Source: Eledone cirrhosa (Eukaryota). Taken from it: 64,000 bases of DNA. Shown here piece after piece: positions 25,450-38,185 of the stretch. The position numbers and the translations under genes were made by a program. Where the stretch lies: positions 77,872,001-77,936,000 of the forward strand of contig OZ024747.1 of assembly GCA_964016885.1 (NCBI GenBank). Reading direction: 5' to 3'. The notes beneath the pieces were generated by a model. That model worked only from the letters and a program-made list of their open reading frames with translations. It was not told the origin of the DNA and did not search any database. Each line of letters opens with the position of its first letter. Within the stretch, counting starts at the first letter, position 1.

Positions 25450-27288
25450 CATCATCATCATCATCATTTTACGTCCGCTTTTCCCTGCTTGCAAGGGTGG
25501 GACGGGTCTTATTCAGCACAGCATCTCTCCACTCGTCACGGTCCCTCGTCATCTCCACCGTGAGCTTCAATGATCTGAGGTCTGTTCTCACCACCTCCGC
25601 CCATGTTTTTCGTGGTCTACCTCTACCACGTCTTCCTTCAACTGGCATTTCCTGGCACTTCTTCACCCATCGGTCATCCTCCATGCGCATCACATGTCCA
25701 TACCACCTCAGTCTTCTCTCCCGTACACTACATTCTATCCCTCTCAGACACAGTTTCTCTCTCAACACATTCATGCTGGGTCGTTCACGCACATTTACAC
25801 TGCACATCCAACGGAGCATGCTTGCCTCATTTCTCTCCAGCTGTCGCATATCCTCTGCAGTTGCTGCCCATGTCTCACTACCATGCAGCATCGCGCTCCT
25901 CACACAGGCATCATACAACCGGCCTTTCATATGCAGGGAGAAACCCTTCTTCGTCAACAGAGGAAGCAGCTCCCTAAACTTCTTCCAACCTGTCCTTATT
26001 CTAGATACTATGGCCTCGGAACACCCTCCTCCCATGCTAATCTGATCTCCTAGGTACCGGAAGCTATCCACCACTTCTATAGCGCCCTCTCGCATTTGAA
26101 AAATGTGTCTATCAGTGCGACTTCTACTGTCTAATTTCCCTGTACATCTACTGCATACATAGTTCTCCCTACCTGTTAGTTTGCCTGCTATCCCGCTACA
26201 TCTCTTGTGTACCCAGGACCTACATTGTGTGCATTTTATAGAATTTATGCCAGTTCCTTTTCTGCATATCGAACATGGCCATTTCCCTGACGGAATCAGG
26301 GTTTTGTCCTCTTTTCTACTCATCAACACTTTTGTCTTAGCTAGATTTACTCTCAGTCCTCTTGCTTCCAACTGCTGTTTCCATAGCCGGAATTTATTCT
26401 CTAGCTCCTCTACTAATTCTGCCATAAGAGCCAGATCGTCAGCATAGAGAAGTTCTCATGGACAGCCAGTCTTAAACTCCTCTGTTATGGCTTGGAGGAC
26501 TATAATGAACAAGAGCGGGCTGAGGACCGAACCCTGATGTACTCCTACTTGTATCTGGAATTCCTCACTAAACTCCATTCCTACCCTGACTTTACTGAGA
26601 GTACCTCTGTACAAAGTTTGCACTGTCCTTACAAGCCATTCCTCAACACCCAGCTTCCTTAGGGACCACCAGATGACAGATCGGGGTACCCTATCAAAGG
26701 CCTTCTCTAGGTCAACAAAGGCTAAGTATAGTGGCTTATTCTTCTCTAAGAACCTCTCTTGCATTTGTCTCACCAAGAAGAGGGCATCTGTTGTACTCTT
26801 CCCAGGCACAAAACCAAACTGCATCTCATCTAGTTTGACCCTTTCTCTAATTAGTTGTGCTAAAATCCTTTCTGCCACTTTCATAACCTGATCTATCAGT
26901 TTTATACCCCTATAATTGCTCCTCTCCAAAGCATCCCCTTTACCTTTGTAGCAATTTATGAGAATACTGCTGCACCAGTCTTTGGGTATGACACCACCAT
27001 ATATAGCCTGATTGATGATGCGTGCAACCAGTTTAGTGCCTACGTCCCCTGATGCCTTCAGCATCTCAGCAACTATTCCCGATGGTCCGGCCGCCTTACC
27101 ATTTTTCATTTCCCTAATCGCCTCTTGGACCCTATATTCGTCAATCTCAATAGCTGGTCCCTCTGTCGGATCTACCAAGGGTAATTTCTCTCTCTCCCAT
27201 TCGTTCTCCACATTCATCAGTCTCTCATAATGACATTTCCAGGCCTCCTTTTTCTGGTCATTCGTGACACTAAGTACACCGGCATTCA
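25450..27288 (-). mobile_element. 5'-truncated RTE LINE family B, second copy
   Basis: ORFs 26456-27289 and 25469-26425 in one frame separated by one TGA; near-identical to the 16650-18490 part of the first copy; (TA)n at both junctions. Confidence 0.95.
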
Positions 27289-27309
27289 TATATATATATA
27301 TATATATTC

Positions 27310-27341
<32 letters not shown>

Positions 27342-27875
27342 ATATATATACACATATATATATATATATACACATACATGCATACGTTCATTCCAAGCAT
27401 AGAGAGTGAGAGAATGGAAGTGAGAAAGAGTAATTATAGAATACTAAGTTGAATAATTGGTTTTACTGGTCTTAACTACCAACATATCAACATCATCCAT
27501 CTGTTTTGCCTCCTAGCAAGGGTTGGACAGGTCTTCACAGACTTAGGCAGTACTCAAGAGCTATGTAAAGGGACGTAACTATATGCCACAAAGCATGTTG
27601 TCTGACACCCTTCTGATTACTGCCAATCCACCATCCATTAGACGCATTCAATAATGAAGTCCTGAATACATTGTGTTAGAGAAAAAATATAAAATATGGG
27701 CTGGTCACAGCTGGAACAACTATAATAAAAGGTCTGCTTGGCTTATATTGACCTAAGGATGACAAACAAGAAGAACCACCACACAGGGACTTGTATAGTT
27801 TCCTCAATACTTCTGTTGTTAGATGTATTAACAGCCACACTTATATATTAGCAGCCAAACTTTTTCACTCCACCT

Positions 27876-28113
27876 AACCTTTCATGATCATATTTCTAAT
27901 GGAATACACTCTATTTTAATTAATTATTGTAGAATTTTGAGGTATTTTCTAAAATAATTAATTCTTTCATTACTAAGATAGTAACTTTATGTAAAGTTCT
28001 TATATAAAATTATTTTGGAAGATTTAAATTTAAATTGGAACTCTTTAAACTGGGTGGTTTTATTTCATAGAACCAGAGCTGGTTTTTTTCCAGGTTGGTA
28101 ACTAAAGGGTTAA
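27876..28113. mobile_element. MITE family B, inverted copy
   Basis: Ends ggttggtaactaaaggg|ttaa; reverse complement of 22948 onward. Confidence 0.75.
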
Positions 28114-28216
28114 AAAACAAAACAAAACAAAACATTTTTATTACAACAGCAAATAAATATTTTAATTTTATATTTATTCAATTTATTTTCTCATTTTTTC
28201 TTTTTTTTGTTTCCAG

Positions 28217-28297
28217 TTAATTTTCAAAGAAACTGGATCATTTCCTCACAGTGAAATTACAAAAATGAGAAAAGGCTGTATTGAGAAAATAACCTAG
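28217..28297 (+). CDS. GRTP1: GRTP1-like terminal coding exon (LIFKETGSFPHSEITKMRKGCIEKIT*)
   Basis: Long T tract and ccag acceptor; TAG at 28295-28297; resembles GRTP1 C-terminus IFSEPGSL...LRESC; candidate AATAAA at 28785. Confidence 0.88.
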   Translation, partial: LIFKETGSFPHSEITKMRKGCIEKIT

Positions 28298-30159
28298 CAT
28301 GCAAAACATAAATTACTTATATAATATACAAAGGTTGTTAACTTTTAGCACGCTGAATCTTTTAATGAATTGCTTCCCTTGACACTGTATTAAGGGGAGA
28401 TTACTCTATTGGCGACATAAGGTACCTAGAGTGCGCTGAAGGTTAAAATATTATCTGGTTCAGAAATCAATGAAAAATTATTGACAAGATCCAAACAAGA
28501 TAGTCATGACTCTTTATTTATAATTTTCCTAAATTTACTCTTTCTACAGAGTCCTTTTTTCTCCATACATATTTTGTTATCTATTGGTAACATTCACTAA
28601 AACAATCAACCGACACCCCAAACAAAATGGAATTTATTATTTATTACATTCTGTTCTGTCTTAACTTTTGTTATTTACCTCTTACCCCAAACAGTCTTTC
28701 CTGTTGACCATAAACCCAACCAGTGTCTTTATTTCTGACAAAAGTTCAGGCAGATTGTGTGTGTCTAAGGGAGATTGTTGTTGCAATAAAATATCTTTTT
28801 TTAAATCTGCAATTTTAATTGAATCAAACCAGAAATCTTTTTTAAATTTTCTTTAAATTTTCATTAATTTAGTTTCAGAATATAAAGGAAAGAAGAAAAA
28901 ATATTTTTAAAAACATTTACTATTGGCAAGTTAATTATTTTCTCTGACTGTGCTGTGTATTGGGATAACAGTCTCTTTTATTTAACTGTGAATATATACC
29001 ACACACAGGTACAGAAACACTCTACATGTTAATGAGGGTGCTTCTATATAGTCACTTGACTTGCTAGAAATAGCAGCCAATTCTTTTTTAAATCACACCT
29101 CACTGTCTTCAAAACATGATCACAGCATGGCCAAATATTTAAGAGGTTCACTTTGAAATCATAATCTCCTGGGTTCAGTCCCACGTTTCTCCAGTATATT
29201 CAGCTAAGAGTCAGTACCAGCAGTAGCTGGGAATTAAACCTGCGATAAACTGGCATCCTATCCAGGGAGAATCTTGTACTCTGTCATTTAACACCAAGGA
29301 AACTGGGGATAAGCACCGGCATGACGAGCATTCAGCTTAGAACAGACTTTAACTTTAAAGCAGCTAGTGGGGTTACCCCCTACAATGGACTGATGTTCAA
29401 TTAAGTTGGGGTTGGAATTAACAGATTTTGGTATCAAATTGAAAGACACAATTCTTAAAAAGCTGCTTCTGAAATTGAAATGATTGTAGCACAACAAATA
29501 ATTACATTTTTTTTACTAAACTGAAAAGAATATCAGTATGTCAGTATGGCAGAATATAAGAATGCCACAAAGCATGTTGTCTGACACCCTACTGATTACT
29601 GCCAATCCACCATCCATTATGTCAGAATATCATAATATAAGAATGTCCCACCCTTGCAAGCAGGGAAAAACGGACGTAAAAAAATGATGATGATGTCAGT
29701 ATGTCAGAATATCATAATACCAGAATGTCAATATGTCTGAATATCAGTACGGCTGAATGTCAGAATGTCATACATGTATTTATTTAGTGGTTTATGAGAT
29801 TCTCCATTTCAAAAAATGTTTCTTTGTATTCACTATCACAAGCCTCGGGTGTGTGTGTGTGTGTCTGTGATACATACATACATACATTCAGACAGACAGA
29901 GAGAGAGGGAGACAGAGTATTTGTTATTAATACTGTTAGCTTTAAGTTGCCAAACCTCAGTTTTTCCACACTGTTTTGGAAAATAGGTAACTTTGGTGAA
30001 ACTTCAAATTCAACAGTCACTACTAATAACACATACTATGTTGACTCTATAAACAATATATGAATCCTGCATCTTTCATTCAGTGATGTCTAGTGCTCTT
30101 ATTACCCAAGACCCATAAAACAAGCATTGATATGTGTGTGTGTGTATATATATATATAT

Positions 30160-30445
30160 TCTTGCTCTTGCTCAACGAGGCTGGAGTCATCCTAAGCCAG
30201 CGATCCCAAAGTATCGTCGTGCCTAGAGCCGACCAGGTCCACCAGCGTCCTCCAAACTGGCGGTCTCGTGCCAGCTCCTCTACATCCTCCAAGATGTTGT
30301 TGAGCCGCCAGAGATCTTTCCTGGTGATATCCAGCCATCTGGCATGGGGCTTGCTGCAGGGCTTCTTCCAGCCTGCAGCTGCTGTGTCGAACGACAATAA
30401 GGCCCTGGTAGGATGATCTGGTGGAAAGCAGAGGACATGTCAGCT
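30160..30445 (-). mobile_element. Decayed RTE-like LINE 3' fragment
   Basis: Remnant peptide WKKPCSKPHARWLDITRKDL...ELARDR, typical of RTE C-termini. Confidence 0.6.
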
Positions 30446-31515
30446 ACCTTAACCAATAACTATATTTATCCAAAGTATGCTTTAAAATATCCTACTTTTC
30501 TTTTTAATTTAAAGTTTTAGTTATTATATAGTCTGTCATTTTGTGTATTACATTCCTTTCAATAACGTAATTCCAAAGATTTTATTTTAGCCGAATTTAA
30601 GGCCTCATAACGTAAAATTATAAACTTTCTTTAATTATAATGCAAGAACGGTGTTTGTAAAGGTAGTTAACTATTGTCAGATTCGTCAGTTGATTATCTC
30701 AGCTGGAGTTATTCCCCTTAGTAAATTTTTGTTTTTGTTGTCTTTGTACATTAGTTTCACAGAAGTTAAATCAGTTTTCTGCTGAGATTGAAGCAGTTTG
30801 AATCTTTACACACACACATAGACATATACACTATGAGGATGAACGCTTATACAAGAGACAACGACACTTTCCTTTTCTTTACAACCTTGCGACCGGGAAG
30901 GTGGCCGGTCAAAAATAAACTTAAAATTAAGAGAACGCACACAGACACACGACAGTTCGGCAAATTCGTTCAAACAATTCCCCTCACAAGACATTAGTCT
31001 ACGCGAGGCTATAGTAGAAGACACTTGTCCACGGTGCCACATACTGGGACCGAACTTAGAACTCCGTGGTTGTGAAGTGAACTCCCTAACCACACAGCCA
31101 TGCTTGAACCTATGTTATTTATTTCTACGTTCGATGTTGAAATTTTACCATTTGCTTTTCATTTCTCTAAGTTAATAAAGTACCAGTAATATTCTGGGGA
31201 AATTTTATCCAATCAACTTTCTTTAAAAGAAAGTATTTTGTCTAATTAAAATCAATCAATAATTATTGATCTCACACAAGTTTTATAAACAGTTGACTTC
31301 CTAATTAAATGCTTCCATTATGGGAGATTACTCTGGCAATGTTAATAGACAAAGTAATTTATTTAATAAAACATAATTTATCTAAATTAACAACGTTTCT
31401 CTTTGATTAAAGTATTATTTTTTAATTTCTGACTTTATCTAAATATCAAATGTTTGAGATAGTAGACTTTACCCATTACCTGGTCTAACACAACTAAATG
31501 ATCCTTGTGTGTTTT

Positions 31516-31702
31516 GGCGGTGGATTGGCAGTATCGGTGGAGGGTCGGACGCCATGCTTTGAAGCATAGTTACCCCCTTTATGATATGAGTTCAAATCCC
31601 GCCGAGATTAACTTTGCCTTTCATCCTTATGGGGTCAATAAAATAAAGTACCCGTAATGCACTGAGATAATTGCTGGCCTTGTGCCAAAAGTAGAAACAA
31701 TT
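31516..31702 (+). mobile_element. tRNA-derived SINE copy
   Basis: ggcggtggattggcagtatcgg...gagttcaaatcccgccgag...gtagaaacaatt. Confidence 0.85.
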
Positions 31703-32190
31703 ATCCTTATGTATTTTTAACGGAGTTCACTCTGTAGTAAACATTTAAACTAGTTCCTCCTATTGAGAATACTTATAGTTTGTGTCTTCGGTCAGTTTTC
31801 TTGATCACATTTTATAACTACAGTGTTTAACTCTGGACTTAACTCTTTAGCATTTAAACCGGTCATATCTGGCCAGAATTCTCTTACCTCTTTCTGCTCA
31901 AACCTGCCATAACAAGCCACTCATACTGATGTTAAGGTATTGTTCTAAAAATAAATAATATCAAAATCTCAGATTCGATATTATGTGAGATATTTATGTA
32001 AGGTAAAGCCTTTACCACGAAAAGACTATAATGGCAGTGTTGGTAGTGGTAGTGGTAGTGTGAGGCAGTGTTAGTGTTGGTGTTGATGGTAGTGTGAGGT
32101 AGTGGTGGTGGTGTTGATTATAGTGCCTGTGAAGGAGGTGGCAGTTTAACAATCGGAACAGAAAATGTGGATGGGGAGGAGTGAGAGACA

Positions 32191-32248
<58 letters not shown>

Positions 32249-32526
32249 GTACACATAGAGATACACATATGCACGCACACACACGTACACATGTATATCT
32301 ATGTGTTTGAGTATATATATGGAGAGAGAGAGTTTGTGTGTGTGTCAATGTGACGTCATTGCTGTGCCAAGGAAATGATGGTCCCTCGCAAGTAGGTGAG
32401 AATGGACAGGAAGTTGAATAGCAGCAACAGCCTGGCAGGAAGTCTTTAAAGTGGGGGAAAATATGATTCAGCGTTCACCAGTGATTAGTTATAAAGATAG
32501 ATACATTGACAGCTATATATATAGAG

Positions 32527-32684
32527 AGAGAAAGGGTGAAGTTGGAAATAGCACGGAAAATATATTTAAGGGTCTGTTTTTATTTTTTTATTTGATTCGT
32601 CAAAGTGACATTATTGAAAAGGATAAAAGACAAACAGACCGTTAAATATATTTTCCGTGCTATTTCTAACTGCACCTTTTCTCT
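32527..32684. repeat. ~55-bp inverted repeat (foldback/MITE-like)
   Basis: agagaaagggtgaagttggaaatagcacggaaaatatatttaagggtctgttt versus aaacagaccgttaaatatattttccgtgctatttctaactgcaccttttctct. Confidence 0.8.
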
Positions 32685-32728
32685 ATATCCACTGTTTTGT
32701 ATAGAACCTTACTTCCCTAATATATATA

Positions 32729-32764
<36 letters not shown>

Positions 32765-32771
<7 letters not shown>

Positions 32772-32950
32772 GGCTTCTACAGGACTAGAACTGTTTCATT
32801 TGGGAGAAATCATCTGGGCTTCCTGATGATTTCTCCCTAATGAAACAGTTCTAGTCCCGTAGAAGCCATTTCTATATTAAATATGTATACTCTGTTATAT
32901 ATTGAGTACCTTACCTACTGTGGTTACTCCCGATTGAACCCGGGATAAAC
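32765..32950. mobile_element. Second palindromic Penelope-like remnant with hammerhead core (+ strand 32817-32867) in (TA)n
   Basis: ggcttcCTGATGAtttctccctaatGAAAcagttctagtcccgTAgaagcc plus inverted arm; shares the cccgggataaac end with 20077. Confidence 0.7.
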
Positions 32951-32964
32951 TTATATATATATAT

Positions 32965-33459
32965 GTACGAGTATATACAGTGTATTTTGCAGTACACTGT
33001 ATGCTTAATTAAAAGCATTTCGAAGACCTTACGCTATTGTTTTAGAGTAGTGACAGTCTCACTTACTTTAAATTTTCAGAAAACAAGGGGAGATAAAGCT
33101 GAAAGAGCTCTGTTTCGTACTTTTTGGTACTTATCAAAGCTAAGTACTCCACCTGTTTGCTGAAAATCATGAATGTTTGATTCTTATAGAATTGTATTAA
33201 TAATCAGGAACTGATTATACAGAGCGGTTGCCGGTCAAGCAGAAATTAAAAATTAGAATTGGTGCTCTGAAATAGCGATATATATATGAATGTATATACA
33301 GTGTATTTTGCGATACACTGTATGCTTAATTAAAAGCATTTCGAAGACCTTATGTTATTGTTTTAGAGTAGTGACAGTCTCACTTACTTTAAATTTTCAG
33401 AAAACAAGGGGAGATAAAGCTGACAGAGCTCTGTTTCGTACTTTTTGGTACTTATCAAA

Positions 33460-33460
<1 letters not shown>
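32965..33460. repeat. ~170-bp direct duplication (about 32970-33140 and 33292-33460)
   Basis: tatatacagtgtattttgc...ggtacttatcaaag occurs twice. Confidence 0.88.
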
Positions 33461-33520
<60 letters not shown>

Positions 33521-34429
33521 TTGGACGTTTAGTCTGACCATGTTCAACTAAGTATTCGATACTTGGGAAAGTAGAGTGTATGTTTCATAAATGGTTAATG
33601 TCCGAAGATTGAGCTCACGCCGAATATATATATATAAACAACCGGTTGACTTCCGAGGTATTGGAAAAATTTGAAATTTAAAATGTAGTCATCCCAACAG
33701 AAATAACCATAATAATATTTAACCACTTTATATAATAGTTGAGAAAATTGTGTAAAGTATTCCTGGAAACGGAAAAAAGATGTCTGAAGCACCTGCTAGG
33801 AATCGAACCCTGTATCTGTTGGTGAGTGCGTGAACCACTAAACTAACGGGTCGCTGGCACCAATTCCATCTTTTTAGAAGATTTTAAGCCTGTAAGAAAC
33901 CAATTGACTTCAAAAATGTCCACAATAATAGTTCCAACGGAAATGACCATAATAATAGTTTTCCAGTATCAATATTAGTTTAGAAATCGAATAATGTACT
34001 CCCGAAGAAGGAAAAAAGTGGATTTTCCTCACGATCATCATATCTTAAGTCACTTTTCGCAGAATGAAACATTTATGTAAATGAAAGTTTTTCTTGATGC
34101 CCCGTATTTCAGGATTTCTCCGGGAGAGAAAACACTTGTCAATGTTCACGTGTTGTCTTCTTGGTGTAATTTAGTGGTTCCCAACCTTTTGTGTACCTTG
34201 CCCCACCTCAACATGGACACACCGCAACCCCGGTGATAAAATGCAAGCTTGCGTTGCCAAACTTCGGCTAATATATCTACCAACCTATCGTCCCAGTCAA
34301 TGCGAACCTTTCTCGATGCTGATATTAATTGTGCTAAGAAAATGTAGCAGTTATTCCCTTTGGATTCTGGTACATATATATAGTACACATAATATCTGTG
34401 GAAACATAGAAATGAGAAAGTTATAGTCT

Positions 34430-34638
34430 ACTTTAGCATCTAAACCAGCCATATCCAGCCAGAATTCTCTCACCGTTCTGTTCAAACCAGCCGTAACTGG
34501 CCACTCATACCGATGTTAAGGTATTGTTCTCAAAATAAATAATATCAAAATCTCATAGATTTGATATTATGTGAGATAAAGCCTTTACTACAAAAATGTA
34601 ATAGTATATATAGAGTAATGTAAATGCTAAAGGGTTAA
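34430..34638. mobile_element. piggyBac-like MITE A copy (a further partial copy at 31839-32012)
   Basis: Same internal sequence and right TIR tgctaaaggg|ttaa. Confidence 0.8.
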
Positions 34639-35207
34639 AAAGGCCAAATGTCTCTTCTGCTGGTCCTTTTCACTAGCTTAGTTAAAATTCTACTCTCTAT
34701 TGAAAAATGGTTACATTTTAACCAAGCGCTATTTTTAAAAAAAGAAACACTCTCCGTTTTGGTTAGTTGCATCTATATAGAGAAACATTTTCCAGAAGTG
34801 ATCGGCTATTAATATTTAAAGGACCCGTTTAAGATGCGGTGTTGACCGAGGTAACAATATATTACCAGTATTTGATTAGCAACTAAGTTACAAGTACATG
34901 AGATAAGTGTCTGCCAGAACGAAACTACAGCCAGATAAGTGTTTACCAACTTAATTCTCATTTCAAAAATTTTATGATCTTGACCTAGAAGTGCCATGTA
35001 TGTATGTATGTATGTATAAGATCTCTGACCTAGAATAGTTATATATATATATATATATTAGAATATATGTTTAATATACCATAGGATTCAAAAGTATTCA
35101 CTAACTGAATGAGTGCCAATACTAGTGGGGTGAGTGTAGAATTTTATTTTTTTAAGTAGAAAAGTAGTGGATTTGAAGTTTCAGTTTGATCACTTACACA
35201 CACACAC

Positions 35208-35258
<51 letters not shown>

Positions 35259-35391
35259 GAGAGAGAGGCAGAAGGAGTAATGTGAAATTTAGTGTCTTGC
35301 CCAAGGACATAATACATCGCCCGGTCCAGGAGTTGAACTGACAACGTCACGATTGCGAATCCAATTCTCTAACCACTCAGCTACGTGCCTT

Positions 35392-35438
<47 letters not shown>

Positions 35439-35501
35439 AAGAGAGAAAGTGCGAGTGTTTGTGAGTGAGTGAGAGATAGAGAGAGAAATAGAGAGAGAGA
35501 G

Positions 35502-35544
<43 letters not shown>

Positions 35545-35851
35545 GTGTGTATAATATGTCGTTCAATGAGATCTTCTGAACAGCAATCCTCCTCAGTCAA
35601 GCAGTTACTTCTTCTCTTCAACAATATCACTAAAGCAATACCGTCTCTAAAACTAACAATGTGCCCTCTTTCAATAAAAGGTAACTCCACCTATTACCTA
35701 CAACTAATTATTTTATTCTAAACCTCATCTTAGATAAACAAAACATCAATCGTCTCATACCGTTTTACGCGACACTAGATTATATACTACCTGTCATCAC
35801 ATAATACAGGTATATATTATTGTAGTACATCTGTCTGACTGCCCGCACCCC

Positions 35852-35901
<50 letters not shown>

Positions 35902-35994
35902 TTATATATATATATATTTATTTATATATATATATATTTATTTATATATATATATATTTATTTATATATATATATATTTATTTATATATATATA

Positions 35995-36033
<39 letters not shown>

Positions 36034-36035
<2 letters not shown>

Positions 36036-36237
36036 CGAAGGAAATGTGGTAAGGAACCAGGTGGACCATAACGCACCAAAGTACTCAATACATAGGGTAG
36101 TAGAGTGGGTAACAGGAACGAGTAGGACTCCGACGGCTGAGCTCAAGCCGTTTCGACGGCTAATTCTGGACGCTAATTCAGTCCAGAATTAGCCGTCGAA
36201 ACGGCTTGAGCTCAGCCGTCGGGGTCCTACTCGTTCC
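36034..36237. mobile_element. Palindromic remnant of another Penelope-like family in (TA)n
   Basis: Arms about 36113-36170 and 36181-36238; each has GAAACGGC-ttgagctca-GCCGTC, the 3' half of a hammerhead. Confidence 0.55.
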
Positions 36238-36261
36238 TATATATATATATATATATCTATA

Positions 36262-36360
36262 CAGGGTCTCCCAAAAAATGTATACACACCTCAACATCAT
36301 TCTAATAAATATTGCCTGTACAGGTAATCAAAGTATGTATATACTTTTCGAGACACCCAA
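36262..36360. mobile_element. Tc1/mariner-like mini-MITE
   Basis: TA|cagggtctcccaaaaaatgtatac ... gtatatacttttcgagacaccc imperfect TIRs in TA context. Confidence 0.6.
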
Positions 36361-36702
36361 TATATATATGTATGTATGTGTGTGTGTGTATGTGTGTGTG
36401 TGTGTTGATAAGCTATGTGTGTGTGTGTTGATAAAGTAACACAAGTTGAGAATTGTATCCCTATTACTCAAAGGAAGTAAAAAGCATGTAAGCCCTGCAG
36501 TCAGGCTTAACCCTTTTTAAATGACTTAAGCTTGACCGTAGGGCTTACGTGACACACACTCACCCAACCACACATACACCCCCCCCCCACATATATATAT
36601 ATATATATAGGTATGATCACATTTACTTATATATCTATATATGTATTTGCAATTATGTATGTTTATGTGTATGCATACATATAGATAAAAATAGATACAA
36701 GG

Positions 36703-36855
36703 GGGTGCCCCAGCCTGGCCTCAATCGGATGGTGGTGCCCCAGTATAGCCTCAGTCGGATGGTAGTGCCCCAGCATGGCCTCAATCTGACAGTGGTGCCA
36801 TAGCAGGGCCTCAGTCGGGTGGCGGTGCCCCAGCATGGCCTCAGTAGGATGACTG
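36703..36855. repeat. 30-bp minisatellite, 5 copies
   Basis: Unit ggtgccccagcatggcctcagtcggatggt. Confidence 0.9.
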
Positions 36856-36926
36856 GAACAAGTATATGGTGATGGGGTTGGATTTACACATATTTAGTTA
36901 GGACGGATTTTTTAAATGAATATGTG

Positions 36927-37012
<86 letters not shown>

Positions 37013-37292
37013 CAGGGGCGGTGGAAGCATTTCTAAATGATTTCCCAAGCGCCCCCGCCCCCCTTCTTGCCACCCCTCCTTACGGGGTCGATAAAATAAA
37101 GTACCAGTAACAATCTGGGGGTCGAGTTAATCGACTTTCCCCTCCCCCCAAAAAAAACTGCTGGCTTGTGCCTAAATGAGAATGGTAGTATAGAATTTCT
37201 TTTTTTTTCTTAATTCCTGGTGAATTCCTGGTTTAGTCTAAACAATTTCTCACTAAAGAAATTCTGGCAAGAGCAACATAAGTTGTGTTAAA

Positions 37293-37636
37293 AACTCCAA
37301 TATATTGGCACTGACGCAAGGGCAGACAACTCCAATATATTGGCACTGACGCAAGCAGCAGAGAAACTTCCATTACGTCATTTGACACTGACGCAAGGGC
37401 AGACAACTCCAATATATTGGCACTGACGCAAGCAGCAGAGAAACTTCCATTACGTCATTTGGCACCGTCGCAAGGGCAGACAACTCCAATATATTGGCAC
37501 TGACGCAAGCAGCAGAGAAACTTCCATTACGTCATTTGGCACCGTCGCAAGGGCAGACAACTCCAATATATTGGCACTGACGCAAGCAGCAGAGAAACTT
37601 CCATTACGTCATTTGCACCGTCGCAAGGGCAGACAA
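37293..37636. repeat. 77-bp tandem repeat (35+42 bp subunits), about 4.5 copies
   Basis: gggcagacaa recurs at 37320, 37397, 37474, 37551 and 37627. Confidence 0.95.
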
Positions 37637-37707
37637 TGTCGCTTGAGACTTGCTAAGAGATCAAGGATCCCATAATATACCTACACACAGTCATATCACA
37701 CACACAC

Positions 37708-38185
37708 ACTTCTTCGCCCACCTACTCCTGAGAGGGTTGTTGGAGCAGAGTCCTCAAACATTCCTTCCATCAGGTCCTGTCAGAAGCAGCCCTCTCCAAC
37801 TGATCCGGCTGGATCCCCAAACGAGACCCGCCAAACGTTTGGATGTTATGTAACCATCTTGATCGGGGTCTACCCTTGGGTCTCCCGCCGATTGGTTTTG
37901 CCCGTAAAATCTGTCCAGCGATTCTTTCCTGAGACGTTCTAACGATATGCCCATAGTATCGGAGCTGTAATCTCTCAATTTGGAGAAGTAATGGCACTAC
38001 CTAGATTGTCTCTCTTATCACCGAGCTACGTACTTTATCGAGTAACATTACTCCAAAGACCCTTCGGAGGAACTCCATTTCGGCCGCTTGTATTCGCGAT
38101 TCTATTCTTTCGGTCATTACCCAAGATTCATGGCCATAGGTAAGGGTTGGCACGAATACCGAATTGAAGACAGCGAGTTTGTCTT
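37708..38185 (-). mobile_element. RTE-type LINE 3' fragment
   Basis: IERLQLRYYGHIVR...GGRPKGRPRSRW; related to 10605-11010. Confidence 0.8.

Larger units (their letters stand above)
1116..28297 (+). other. GRTP1: Gene span (coding exons in window) of GRTP1/TBC1D6-like Rab GTPase-activating protein; first coding exon upstream of window
   Basis: Nine GT-AG exons (152,47,112,131,97,64,109,186,81 nt) join with compatible phases into 325 codons plus stop. TBC motifs RKGIP, IKLDLHRTFP, YCQGMNF, WFICMY and VLRIWD are present; the N-terminal DGYGFER and overall length match GRTP1 as recalled. Confidence 0.93.

Noticed and set aside
32351-32445. TGACGTCA and CAGGAAGT motifs as a promoter
   Set aside because: Isolated short motifs with no linked exon identified.
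33789-33856. tRNA-like sequence on the minus strand
   Set aside because: A and B boxes present but no complete cloverleaf; more likely a SINE head.
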